From positions 1 through 42,721 of the forward strand of contig JBGSNL010000067.1 of the NCBI GenBank assembly GCA_041739675.1: 42,721 bases of DNA, read 5' to 3'. Of this stretch, positions 8,833 through 17,943 are shown in pieces. The notes beneath the pieces are model-generated. The model did no database searches, was not told the DNA's origin, and saw only the letters and a program-made list of their open reading frames with translations. Numbering within the stretch: the first letter of the stretch is position 1; the number at the start of each line of letters is the position of its first letter. This DNA is from a bacterium (GTDB lineage Bacteria; UBA10199; 2-02-FULL-44-16; DYJF01). The position numbers were made by a program, and so were the translations under genes.

Positions 8833-10254
8833 ATGTCAATTAAATGGCTTCAATCGCTCGTTACGGCCGTCGTCCTGATTTTCTCCGCCGCTTCTGCCTC
8901 TGCCCAGACGCCGCTCGAGACGAGGATCAGACAGATTATCGACGTCTCATCGCTTGATGCCGACCAGACCGGAATCGCAGTCGTCTCGGTCAATAAGGGC
9001 AAGACTCTCGCATTGATCAACGCCGATAATCCCATGAACCCGGCATCGTGCGCAAAGATCATGACCGCTGTGACGGCCCTTGCCACGCTCGGCTCGAACT
9101 ACCGGTTTGAAACGCAATTTTTCACCGACCAGCGCTTCCCGGACGGGCAGATACACAACTTGTACGTTGTGGGGCTGGGCGATCCTTCTTTCGTTACGGA
9201 GGAGATGATGCAACTCGTCTCCGATCTTACAGCTCACGGCGTGAGAAGGATATCGGGCGATGTCATCATAGACGATTCTTTCTTTGACGGACCTTACTAT
9301 CCAAGAAAAGATCTGGGAAACGACAGCCGGGCATTCACCGCCGCGACATCAGCTTTTTCACTCAATTTCAATTCAGCAAAGTTCGTGATCGCGCCGGGCC
9401 CGCGCGCGGGAAGAAAGGCGGAGGTCACGACCGATCCTCCCACATCATATGTTCGCATCATAAATAAGATGGTCACAGGCGGTAAGTTCAAGGCCTTCAT
9501 AGCGTCTAAAGACGTGACCGAGGAAGGCGAAACCTTTGTCGTGTCGGGTTCGATCCCCGCGCGTGCGGAGCCGCAATTTTTCTACAGGGTTGTGAGCGAC
9601 CCCGCGCTCTTTGCCGGTTCGGTCCTCAAGGATATGCTCGCGGCGAACGGCCTGCCCGTGACGGGTCGGGTACGCAAAGGGCTTCTACCTGCCGGCACAA
9701 CGGAAATAGCGCGCTTCCAGTCCAAGACGCTGGGCGAGATCGTCCGTGACATGAATAAATTTTCGAACAACTTCATCGCTGAGCAGCTCACAAAGTTCAT
9801 GGGTGCGGTCAAAAAAGGCAGGCCGGGATCTACGGCAAAGGGCATTGAAGTAATAGAGGACTATCTCGCCTCTCTTGGCATCCCGCGCGGGACGTACACT
9901 CTGGAAAACGGGTCCGGTCTTTCCGCCGTGAGCAGGATATCGGCGTCCCAGCTGGTCAGGGTCCTTGCAGCCTCGTATCGCAATCACAAGCTCCAGCCCG
10001 ATTTTATCGAATCGTTGAGCATTCTGGGCGTTGACGGGACGATGAAAAAGTGGCGCGGGGAGCCCAATCTGCGCGGCTGGCTCAGGGCCAAGACCGGTTC
10101 GCTGGCAAACGTGAGCTGTCTTTCGGGCTACGTCCCGATGCAAAACGGCGAGATCGCGGCATTCGCAATACTTGCAAATGGCTTCAAAAGAGGCAAATAT
10201 CCGGTTCATGACGCAATGCTTACGATCGCATCCGCGATCGCAGAGGAACGATGA
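8833..10254 (+). CDS. dacB: D-Ala-D-Ala carboxypeptidase/endopeptidase (PBP4, peptidase S13)
   Basis: Signal peptide; SxxK (ASCAK), SNN and KTG motifs; GDP and ENGSGLS. Confidence 0.93.
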   Translation: MSIKWLQSLVTAVVLIFSAASASAQTPLETRIRQIIDVSSLDADQTGIAVVSVNKGKTLALINADNPMNPASCAKIMTAVTALATLGSNYRFETQFFTDQRFPDGQIHNLYVVGLGDPSFVTEEMMQLVSDLTAHGVRRISGDVIIDDSFFDGPYYPRKDLGNDSRAFTAATSAFSLNFNSAKFVIAPGPRAGRKAEVTTDPPTSYVRIINKMVTGGKFKAFIASKDVTEEGETFVVSGSIPARAEPQFFYRVVSDPALFAGSVLKDMLAANGLPVTGRVRKGLLPAGTTEIARFQSKTLGEIVRDMNKFSNNFIAEQLTKFMGAVKKGRPGSTAKGIEVIEDYLASLGIPRGTYTLENGSGLSAVSRISASQLVRVLAASYRNHKLQPDFIESLSILGVDGTMKKWRGEPNLRGWLRAKTGSLANVSCLSGYVPMQNGEIAAFAILANGFKRGKYPVHDAMLTIASAIAEER

Positions 10255-11765
10255 GTGAAAGATCGATAATCAACACGCTTCTTGTTGTCTGCCTGTCGCT
10301 TGGATTTTTGTGCGTGGCAGCGATATATCTGCCATCCAAGCTCGGCAATGCCGCGTCATTGGAGAAATATAATCCGTCGAAGCTTTTGAGTCTGCTTCCT
10401 CAACCCGTCAAAACGGATAAGAAAGAGGAAGCCCCCGTACAGATGAGCGACGGCACATATGTCCGTTTCACACCCGAGCTCGATCCCAACAGGCCTTTGA
10501 ACGTAGCGCAGGCCGGCGTTGCTTCAGCCGATCCGCCGGCACCTGCAAACGATCAGCTGGCAACGATTGAGCCAACCGCACCGCTGGAAGCTTTGTCGGC
10601 GCTGACAAGGGTGCACAAACAGTGTTCCCTGGCATCGTACGATCCGGCAGCAAAGAGCCAGAAGGGAAAATCATGGTTCACGGTGCCGCCCGAGCTCGAA
10701 CCCGACGTCGAATTCTGGAGAAAAATTTATTCAAAATACGATTCGCATCAGGTCGTGCTCCATGACATAAAATATCTTCCGATCGTATACGGCGTTCTGG
10801 ATTTCGCCGACCTTGACGCGGACACGACAATAACCGACTTCGACAGACAAAAACAAAAACAGGCCAGAATCGACGCCGCCAAGGAATCGATAATCGCAAA
10901 CCTTGAGATACTTTCGCAAAACCCGCAGGCTGCCGGGCTTTCTGAGGACGCAATTGACATACGAAACCTCTTCAGCACCGTGAGCGAACCCGACAAGTTC
11001 AAAAGGGCAAAGGAGCGCGGCGTCAGGGCGCAGACCGGCCAGAGGGACAAATTCATCGCCGGCCTTGCCTACTCCAACAGATACATGGGCGAGATCGAAT
11101 CAATATTCGAACACATGGGACTGCCGCGCGATCTCACTTTTCTTGTCTTTGTTGAATCGATGTTCAACCCTGCCGCCAACTCTTCGGCGGGGGCGGGAGG
11201 GGTCTGGCAGTTCATGAGATCGACTGCAAAAATTTACGGCCTCCAGATGAACCCTGTCATCGACGAACGCGCCGATCCGATACGCGAGACATACGCCGCA
11301 GCCTCCCTTCTGAGCCACGATTATGAGGCGCTGGGAAGCTGGCCGCTGGCGATCAACGCTTACAACACGGGGCGTGGAAGAATCGAGCAGGCAATGGCTC
11401 GCCTGGGCACATCGAGCATCGTGTCGATAATAAAATATTTCGACCATCCCTCATACGGTTTCGCGTCGCGCAATTTCTACCTTGAATTCCTGGCCGCGCT
11501 TGATGTCGCAAAAAATCATCAGCGCTACTTCGGAGACATCCGCTTCGATCCTCCAATGCGCTACGATCTTGTTCAAGTGAAGACGCCGGTTATTTTACCC
11601 GACATCGCGCAAGCGTCCGGCATATCCCTTGAAACGCTTACTGATTTGAACCCGGCGTACTCCGAAGCGGTCATTGCCGGAAAGCTGCCGCTGCCCGCGG
11701 GATCGGAGCTTCGCGTGCCCGAGAGAAAGGGCGAAACCTTTTTGAAACACACGGAGGTTCGATGA
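10251..11765 (+). CDS. Lytic murein transglycosylase (MltD-like SLT domain, degenerate C-terminal LysM-like region)
   Basis: VESMF (catalytic Glu), AGGVWQFM, AYNTG; N-terminal TM segment. Confidence 0.88.
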   Translation: MSERSIINTLLVVCLSLGFLCVAAIYLPSKLGNAASLEKYNPSKLLSLLPQPVKTDKKEEAPVQMSDGTYVRFTPELDPNRPLNVAQAGVASADPPAPANDQLATIEPTAPLEALSALTRVHKQCSLASYDPAAKSQKGKSWFTVPPELEPDVEFWRKIYSKYDSHQVVLHDIKYLPIVYGVLDFADLDADTTITDFDRQKQKQARIDAAKESIIANLEILSQNPQAAGLSEDAIDIRNLFSTVSEPDKFKRAKERGVRAQTGQRDKFIAGLAYSNRYMGEIESIFEHMGLPRDLTFLVFVESMFNPAANSSAGAGGVWQFMRSTAKIYGLQMNPVIDERADPIRETYAAASLLSHDYEALGSWPLAINAYNTGRGRIEQAMARLGTSSIVSIIKYFDHPSYGFASRNFYLEFLAALDVAKNHQRYFGDIRFDPPMRYDLVQVKTPVILPDIAQASGISLETLTDLNPAYSEAVIAGKLPLPAGSELRVPERKGETFLKHTEVR

Positions 11766-12085
11766 GGAAGAGATACATAGCGCTGCTTATCATCATGCTG
11801 ATGGTTTTTGCGGCCTGCGGCCGGGTCCCCAAACCCTCCACGTCGCAGAAAATCATTCACAAATATTTCAAAAAATACGCAAAAAAATACCCGGCTACCG
11901 AGTACGGCCAATCCAAAGTGGCCAAGGTCGAGATCGATAGTCAGCAGGAGATAAGAAAACACTTCGTGGCGGTGAAAGCCTTCATCGTGCTTGAAGACGG
12001 CAATCTGAAGAAAATCCACGTCACGGAGGAGAAAAAATCTCTCGGCTGGCGCTTCGTCTCGTGGGAAGATGCTACCGGCCTATAA
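11762..12085 (+). CDS. Small basic hypothetical lipoprotein
   Basis: Lipobox FAAC after a hydrophobic stretch; GGAGG SD; ATGA overlap with the upstream gene. Confidence 0.8.
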   Translation: MRKRYIALLIIMLMVFAACGRVPKPSTSQKIIHKYFKKYAKKYPATEYGQSKVAKVEIDSQQEIRKHFVAVKAFIVLEDGNLKKIHVTEEKKSLGWRFVSWEDATGL

Positions 12086-14485
12086 CCCTCTTTTCACAAA
12101 CGTATCAACGACGAGCGATTTCCCGTCGGTTCTCACAGTGACGGCTCCGTCGATATCAGTTCTGTAGATATTCGCGCCGATCTCATTCAGGCGACCCAAC
12201 ACGACCTCATCCGGCACACCATACTGGTTCCCCTCCCCCAGACTGATCACGGCGATTGATGGGTGGATGGCGCTCAAAAAATCTTTCGAAGATGAGGTCT
12301 CGCTGCCATGATGGCCGATTTTCATGACGTCGGCGGGCATCTTCGAGCCCGATTCGAGCAATATTCGCTCGCCCATTTGCTCGAGATCGCCCATCAGGAT
12401 GAAGCTTCTGTCCCCATATGAGATTTTCACGACAAGAGACGTGTCGTTGGGATCGAGAATCGCCAGATCCGACGCCAAACGCGGATACACGTCCAGTCTC
12501 GCGCCGCCCTCTTCCATGGAAAATGCCGGCGCCGAAATTTGAGAGCCGACGATCGGCGCGATAGACGCATCAATCCCTCTTATTCGTCCCAGAAACTCTT
12601 CCCAGGAAACAAGCTCTTCATCAGGAGCATCGGTGCCGTTTGTGTAGAGCACACGTACATCGAATCTCTCCGCAACAGCGGCCAGACCCTTGTAGTGATC
12701 GTGATGAGGATGCGTGAGGATCAGATCGTTAACGCGGTGTATTCCCATTCGCAATAGGGCCGGAGAAACGACATTTTCTCCAATGTCGAAATCGCCGCCC
12801 TTGGTTCCACCGCCGTCGATGAGCGTCACGTGACCGTTTGGAAAGCGCACGATTATCGAATCGCCGTGGCCCACATCCAGAAACGTGACTTGCAGAGCCC
12901 TCCCGGCAACAGCTCCAGCATGCCAGTACGCAATGTCAAAGACCAAAAAAGCCGAGAGCGCTCCGACAACAACTCTTTTGTAAGACAGCTTGTTCCAAAA
13001 AAAGACGATCGCAATCGCCGCATATAGAAGGACGACCTCGAACAGGGACGGCGCCCAGGAGACAACAAACACGCTGCCGTACCGGTTGAGATTTTGGGCA
13101 AAACCTAAAAGCACACCGGTGGCAAGTGCAGCGACTTTCCAGATAATGACGGCAAGCGGTTTATAAATAAGGCTCATGACGGATGCGGAAATTGCAAACG
13201 GCATGAGAAGCGCTCCGGTGAACGGAACCGCGACGATATTCGAAAAAAGACCGATCACAGATACAAAATGAAAGGTGTACGCGACAATCGGCGCGCTCCC
13301 AAGTGTAGCCGCGATAGTTACTGCAACGATCTCCGATATGTGACGGGCCTTGGGAAGCCGATCGAATTTTTTGATTATCAGGGGCGTCACGACGATGATT
13401 GCAAACACGGAGACCGCCGAGAGCTGAAACGACACCGAAAATAGTGAAGACGGGGAAACGACGAGGATCGTGAAGACCGCCGTGGCAAGTGCCGAGAGAA
13501 GATCTCTCCTCCACAACGAAAAGAGCGAAACAAGAAATACGGTGAGCATGATCGCGGCCCTCACGGCCGAAACCGGAAAACCGGCAATCGCCACGTAGAA
13601 CCATACTACAGGCAGACTCGCGATTGCGGAAATCCGTTGAAGGGGCCAGAAAAGAGACAGGCGCGGCCACCATCCCAGAAGAAACCGTATAAAGAGAAAC
13701 ATGATGGCGGCCACAAAGCCCACATGAAGCCCGGAAATGGAGAGCAGGTGGGCAAGACCCGTTTTCGAAAAAGCATCGACCGTCTTCGGGGATATTCCAT
13801 CACGCTTTCCGATGATAACGGCTTTCAGTATACCTGCAACGTCGCCATCGGCGGAGGAGGAAATCGCGCCGTCGATTTTTCCTCTCGCCTTCGACACGAT
13901 TCGGGCCGGCCACAACGTGTTTCCCTCGCCGGTCTTGACTATCCAGTTCGGACCGACGAGCGCGCCCGTCGCACCGATTCCCTGTGTCAAAAGATAAAGC
14001 GGATAATCAAATGAGCCGGGATTTTTAAACCTGCGCGGTTTTGAAAATCTCGCCAGAAACCGGACAGAATCTCCTGAGTTCAATTCACCTGAGAACCCTC
14101 CTGTAAATAATCTGACTTTGCCCTTTGCAGGCTCGATTTTTCCCGCCACCCCTCCGGAGCAGCCCGCGAGCGATACATCCACGCGCCAGCCATTTTCAAA
14201 GGCTTGAGGAACTCCCTCCACGACGCCGTCGCACATGTACGGTGAAGAGGTGTCGCTCAATTGCGGAAGAACTATTTTTTGATTGAATACGGTCCATCCG
14301 AGGAGGCGGCCGGCAACCGCAAATGCGGCGAGAACGATAACGGGCAAAATAAGTGCGCGGTTTCTTCGCCACACTAATGCGCAAATGGAAAGAAGAACTA
14401 CCGACAATGTGAGGATAAATATTTTTGTGGAGATAAAAAGAACGCTAGCTTGTCCCGCAAGCAGGCAGACACAGATTGGCATCAT
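12080..14485 (-). CDS. comEC: DNA internalization competence protein ComEC/Rec2
   Basis: KNPGSFDY, HLLSISGLHVG, SFQLS, LDVGHGDS, THPHHDH and KIGHHGS (OB + competence + metallo-beta-lactamase domains). Start uncertain (14485, 14554 or 14566). Confidence 0.93.
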   Translation of the reverse strand: MMPICVCLLAGQASVLFISTKIFILTLSVVLLSICALVWRRNRALILPVIVLAAFAVAGRLLGWTVFNQKIVLPQLSDTSSPYMCDGVVEGVPQAFENGWRVDVSLAGCSGGVAGKIEPAKGKVRLFTGGFSGELNSGDSVRFLARFSKPRRFKNPGSFDYPLYLLTQGIGATGALVGPNWIVKTGEGNTLWPARIVSKARGKIDGAISSSADGDVAGILKAVIIGKRDGISPKTVDAFSKTGLAHLLSISGLHVGFVAAIMFLFIRFLLGWWPRLSLFWPLQRISAIASLPVVWFYVAIAGFPVSAVRAAIMLTVFLVSLFSLWRRDLLSALATAVFTILVVSPSSLFSVSFQLSAVSVFAIIVVTPLIIKKFDRLPKARHISEIVAVTIAATLGSAPIVAYTFHFVSVIGLFSNIVAVPFTGALLMPFAISASVMSLIYKPLAVIIWKVAALATGVLLGFAQNLNRYGSVFVVSWAPSLFEVVLLYAAIAIVFFWNKLSYKRVVVGALSAFLVFDIAYWHAGAVAGRALQVTFLDVGHGDSIIVRFPNGHVTLIDGGGTKGGDFDIGENVVSPALLRMGIHRVNDLILTHPHHDHYKGLAAVAERFDVRVLYTNGTDAPDEELVSWEEFLGRIRGIDASIAPIVGSQISAPAFSMEEGGARLDVYPRLASDLAILDPNDTSLVVKISYGDRSFILMGDLEQMGERILLESGSKMPADVMKIGHHGSETSSSKDFLSAIHPSIAVISLGEGNQYGVPDEVVLGRLNEIGANIYRTDIDGAVTVRTDGKSLVVDTFVKRGL

Positions 14486-15092
14486 CGGGCGTGATACTGT
14501 CCAGCGCGCACGAGATCTCGTGGAAGAGACGCTCTGCCTCGGGTTTGACTCCATCGTATCTGGCACTACCGTTTTGCGCCCCGATAATCAAGCCGAGTTT
14601 GTTTCGAAGTCCCACAAGATAGCAGCGCGCTTTTCGCGTCGGACGGATCCTGTACAACTTCAGCACAGAACTGATGTTGATATCGTTGATCCATATATCG
14701 CCGCCCGTGTATTCGAAGCGGACCCCGGAGAAGAGCCCGTCGTATATATTGCCAAGGCGGCCCAAAATCTTTTCAAGCAACGCGTTCACCATTCCGTTAA
14801 ATTTTGCGGCCGATTTTCCGCCCATCTCCCAGACATGCTGGCGATACTTATCGAGGCCGCCTGAAAGCCCGCAGAGATAGCCGACATCGTTCCCCGCTTC
14901 GTTAACGAGTTCGCCGACATCGTATCCGTTGAAATAGATCTGGTCGCCTTCGAAGGTCCACTTTTCATCTTTTGAGGGTGTAAAAGTTAGCCTGTGATCC
15001 AAAGGCAGGTCGGTGGCGCCCTCGACACTTTCGCCCGGACGAACTCTCGCCTTGCTCGGCAAATCACGTATTCTGTTGATTTCGCTGCCCAT
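14445..15092 (-). CDS. Hypothetical protein with an apparent internal duplication
   Basis: 215-aa globular-looking ORF; segments WTFEGDQIYFNGYDV and FEYTGGDIWINDINI resemble each other; 3' end overlaps comEC. Confidence 0.75.
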   Translation of the reverse strand: MGSEINRIRDLPSKARVRPGESVEGATDLPLDHRLTFTPSKDEKWTFEGDQIYFNGYDVGELVNEAGNDVGYLCGLSGGLDKYRQHVWEMGGKSAAKFNGMVNALLEKILGRLGNIYDGLFSGVRFEYTGGDIWINDINISSVLKLYRIRPTRKARCYLVGLRNKLGLIIGAQNGSARYDGVKPEAERLFHEISCALDSITPDDANLCLPACGTS

Positions 15093-15131
15093 TTTAGAAA
15101 TCAGGGTCCCTTTAGAGAAAACACTCTCCCC

Positions 15132-15527
15132 CTATTTCTTATCGGCAAGGTACCTACCCAAAGTTGCGCTGTAGTCGGACAAAAATGGACTGGCACGATT
15201 ATCATGCGCAAGGACCGTTTTCAGCTCATTTAGCGCCTCTATCTGCCTCTCTGTGAGCTCCATATTTCTCAAGTTATGCCCTTTGAAAAATATCTCCCCG
15301 CGAAGGCGGTCAAAATGAATCGATGCGACCTCCCGGTCGAGGATAAAAGTGTAGGTGAGACAATCCTTGTAGACGGCAAGCATGCTGTCCACAGCGGCCC
15401 TGCCTTTCCCCTCCACTTTTTGGGCCCTTGTCGCCTGAATATGCTTCCAAAGATCGAAGACTCCCCGAGGCCTCTGATGCTCGCTTGCGGTTTCCGTTTC
15501 CAATTCTTTTTTGTGTTCGTCTTTCAT
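15132..15527 (-). CDS. Hypothetical protein
   Basis: 131-aa ORF with GGGGGAG SD, directly downstream of a sigma54 promoter. Confidence 0.8.
   Translation of the reverse strand: MKDEHKKELETETASEHQRPRGVFDLWKHIQATRAQKVEGKGRAAVDSMLAVYKDCLTYTFILDREVASIHFDRLRGEIFFKGHNLRNMELTERQIEALNELKTVLAHDNRASPFLSDYSATLGRYLADKK
15139..15167 (-). promoter_or_regulatory. Candidate alternative-sigma promoter (sigma28/FliA-like -10): GCAACTTT-N13-GCCGATAA
   Basis: Exact GCCGATAA ending 47 bp before the ATG at 15092; a similar bipartite motif occurs at 34882-34908. Confidence 0.55.
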
Positions 15528-15568
15528 TTTCGTCTCCCCCGGATTTTTTTAAATCCACTCATATTTTT

Positions 15569-15585
15569 TGCAGTAATTGTGCCAA
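15569..15585 (-). promoter_or_regulatory. sigma54 -24/-12 promoter
   Basis: Minus strand TTGGCACAATTACTGCA with GG-N10-GC spacing, about 40 bp upstream of the ATG at 15527. Confidence 0.8.
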
Positions 15586-15608
15586 GAAATTCCAATTTCA
15601 GATGCAAT

Positions 15609-15621
15609 TAACTTCTTGATA
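15609..15621 (-). promoter_or_regulatory. IHF-binding consensus upstream of the sigma54 promoter
   Basis: TATCAAGAAGTTA matches WATCAANNNNTTR exactly, at the position typical for sigma54 promoters. Confidence 0.65.
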
Positions 15622-15726
15622 TTCAACGGGATTACCAATATGAGAAGAGTGCATCCGCTTATCGAACTGATAAAGCTTTCAAAATGACGACAAAGATTTG
15701 ACGCCCCAAAAAGGGGCCAGAAAGGG

Positions 15727-16029
15727 ATGGAAATGAAGACAAACTCCAAAAGTCGCATCGACCTGTCGGTCGGAACACCATTTCAGCAGAAGGTCTGGCG
15801 GGCGATAATGAAGATTCCAAGAGGTCAGACGCGAACTTACACGTGGCTGGCGAAGATGGCTGGGCGTCCCAAGGCGGTCAGGGCGGCAGCGAACGCATGC
15901 GGAGCGAACCCATATGCGCCCACCATTCCATGTCATCGTGTAATCAGATCGGACGGGACGATCGGCGGATTTTCCGGACCGCTCTCGCTCAAGCGCAAAC
16001 TCCTGGCGCGAGAAGGAATCAAGATTTAA
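15727..16029 (+). CDS. ogt: Methylated-DNA-protein-cysteine methyltransferase (short, single-domain MGMT)
   Basis: GTPFQQKVW, IPRG, RAAANAC and PCHRV with the active Cys. Confidence 0.9.
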   Translation: MEMKTNSKSRIDLSVGTPFQQKVWRAIMKIPRGQTRTYTWLAKMAGRPKAVRAAANACGANPYAPTIPCHRVIRSDGTIGGFSGPLSLKRKLLAREGIKI

Positions 16030-16039
16030 TCAAGATAGT

Positions 16040-16645
16040 CTAGAAATTGCGAGCCAGAGGAACAGGCGGGCTCGCCATCTCCAGAGAATGATCGGGATCA
16101 AAGCAGGCGCGGCAACGCGCTTCGTAATGCTCGCCGGAACCAACAACGACCTGATCCTTTTCCGTTGTGAGACGCTGCGATTTCGTTGCCTGGCCGCCGC
16201 AGACCATGCAGACCGCCTTCAGTTTGAGGATGGACTCGGCAATCGATAAAAGCTTTGGCATGGGGCCGAAAGGTCTTCCCAGATAATCCTGATCCAAACC
16301 GCTGACGACAACACGCAGCCCCCTGTTTGCAAGTTTGTCGCAGACCTCGACAACCTCATCTCCTAAAAATTGCGCCTCGTCGATTCCGACTACGCGCGTT
16401 GCGTCCTGAAGATTTTCAAGCATCTCCGAGGCCTTCGAAACAGGCGTGCACGTGAATTTCTGATCGCTGTGCGATGTTATAAACTCGTCATGATAACGCT
16501 TGTCCAGCGCGGCCTTGAATATCTGAACACGCTGCTTGGCGATCTGTGCCAAGCGAAGGCGCCTTATGAGCTCCTCAGTCTTTCCCGAAAACATCGGCCC
16601 GCATATCACTTCGATCCAGCCCGTGTGCCTGCCCTGATGAATCAT
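16040..16645 (-). CDS. tdk: Thymidine kinase
   Basis: GPMFSGKT P-loop, IDEAQF, zinc-binding CxxC...CxxC. Start at ATG 16645 with GAGG SD. Confidence 0.95.
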   Translation of the reverse strand: MIHQGRHTGWIEVICGPMFSGKTEELIRRLRLAQIAKQRVQIFKAALDKRYHDEFITSHSDQKFTCTPVSKASEMLENLQDATRVVGIDEAQFLGDEVVEVCDKLANRGLRVVVSGLDQDYLGRPFGPMPKLLSIAESILKLKAVCMVCGGQATKSQRLTTEKDQVVVGSGEHYEARCRACFDPDHSLEMASPPVPLARNF

Positions 16646-16653
16646 AAGCACCT

Positions 16654-17934
16654 CTATCCAATCAATAGACCGGCGATCGCCGCCGTCATGCATGATACGA
16701 TTGCGCCGCCGAACATGGCACGAAGCGCGACTCTTGCAAGATCCGAGCGGCGTTCAGGCGCCAGTGCGCCGATGCCGCCGATCTGAATGCCGATCGACGC
16801 GAAATTTGCAAAGCCGCAGAGCATGTACGTCGCCATGATGGCCGCCTTCTGGGAAATGAGGCCGTCTTTTATCATCGGCGCCAGCTTGCTGTAAGCCACA
16901 AACTCGTTGACGGCGATCTTCATTCCCAAGAGATGGCCGACATTGACAATATCAGCTTTGGGTACGCCCAGGAGATAGACAATCGGCGAGAAAACGGTGC
17001 TGAATATTGTCTTGAGACTGCCGGGGAACCAGCCGGCATACTCTCCGCTTTGCTGCAAGACTCCATGAAGAAGTCTTCCGTCGATGAATCTGTCGCCGTA
17101 TGACAGAAGCTTGTCGGCAACTGCGATCAGGGTGATGAACGCCACAAGCATCGCCGCCACATTGAGCGCAAGCTGCAGGCCGTCGGTGACTCCGCGCGAT
17201 GCGGCATCCAGCACATTTCTTCCGACATCGAGCCTCGGCAACCTGACATCGCCAGCCGTCTCGGAATGCTCGGTCTCGGGAAAAATGATCTTCGCGATCA
17301 TGAGAGATGCGGGAGCCGCCATGCATGACGCTATGATTATATGTTGCGGCGGCACGCCCATCTGTATGTAGCCCGCCATCACAGCGCCGGCAATCGTTCC
17401 AAAACCGCCGACCATTATTGCGTGAAGCTCGGAGAGGGTGCAGTGGCTGAGGAACGGACGCACGAGAAGCGGGGCCTCGGTCTGGCCCAGAAACACGTTG
17501 GCGGAACATGAAAGAGACTCTGAGCCGGAGGTTTTCATCAGCCTGCTCATGATCCATCCGAAGAGCTCGACCACCCTTTGCATGATGCCCATATAATAGA
17601 GGATTGACATGAACGCCGCGAAGAAGATGATCGTGGGAAGGATGGAAAACGCGAACTGGAAACCGAACGTGTTCATCATTTCGGGATTCACTATGTTCCC
17701 GAATAGAAATGTGCTTCCCTGGCGGCTCAAATTTAAAAAGGACGCAACCTTGCCCGCAAACCATTGCATGGCGCTATTTCCGGCGGGCCATTTGATCAGG
17801 AGAATTGCGATCGCCCACTGAAGCGCAAGACCCGAAATGAGCGTTCTTATGCTGACGCGGCGCTTGTTGTTGGACATTAAAAAAGCAATGAGCAAGAGCG
17901 TTATGAGGCCTACGATTCCGATATATCGTTCCAT
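16654..17934 (-). CDS. nupC: Concentrative nucleoside transporter (NupC/CNT family)
   Basis: FAFSILPTIIFF, FLGQTEAPL, NEFVAY, CGFANFASIGI. Confidence 0.93.
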   Translation of the reverse strand: MERYIGIVGLITLLLIAFLMSNNKRRVSIRTLISGLALQWAIAILLIKWPAGNSAMQWFAGKVASFLNLSRQGSTFLFGNIVNPEMMNTFGFQFAFSILPTIIFFAAFMSILYYMGIMQRVVELFGWIMSRLMKTSGSESLSCSANVFLGQTEAPLLVRPFLSHCTLSELHAIMVGGFGTIAGAVMAGYIQMGVPPQHIIIASCMAAPASLMIAKIIFPETEHSETAGDVRLPRLDVGRNVLDAASRGVTDGLQLALNVAAMLVAFITLIAVADKLLSYGDRFIDGRLLHGVLQQSGEYAGWFPGSLKTIFSTVFSPIVYLLGVPKADIVNVGHLLGMKIAVNEFVAYSKLAPMIKDGLISQKAAIMATYMLCGFANFASIGIQIGGIGALAPERRSDLARVALRAMFGGAIVSCMTAAIAGLLIG

Positions 17935-17943
17935 TGATCCCCC

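Noticed and set aside
9022..9029. GCCGATAA inside dacB (similar hits near 14581 and 24503)
   Set aside because: Within coding sequence, no GCAAC element at the right distance and no downstream gene start.
15727..16029. Short MGMT as a pseudogene or ATL protein
   Set aside because: The PCHR active-site Cys is intact and single-domain forms of about 100 aa are common.
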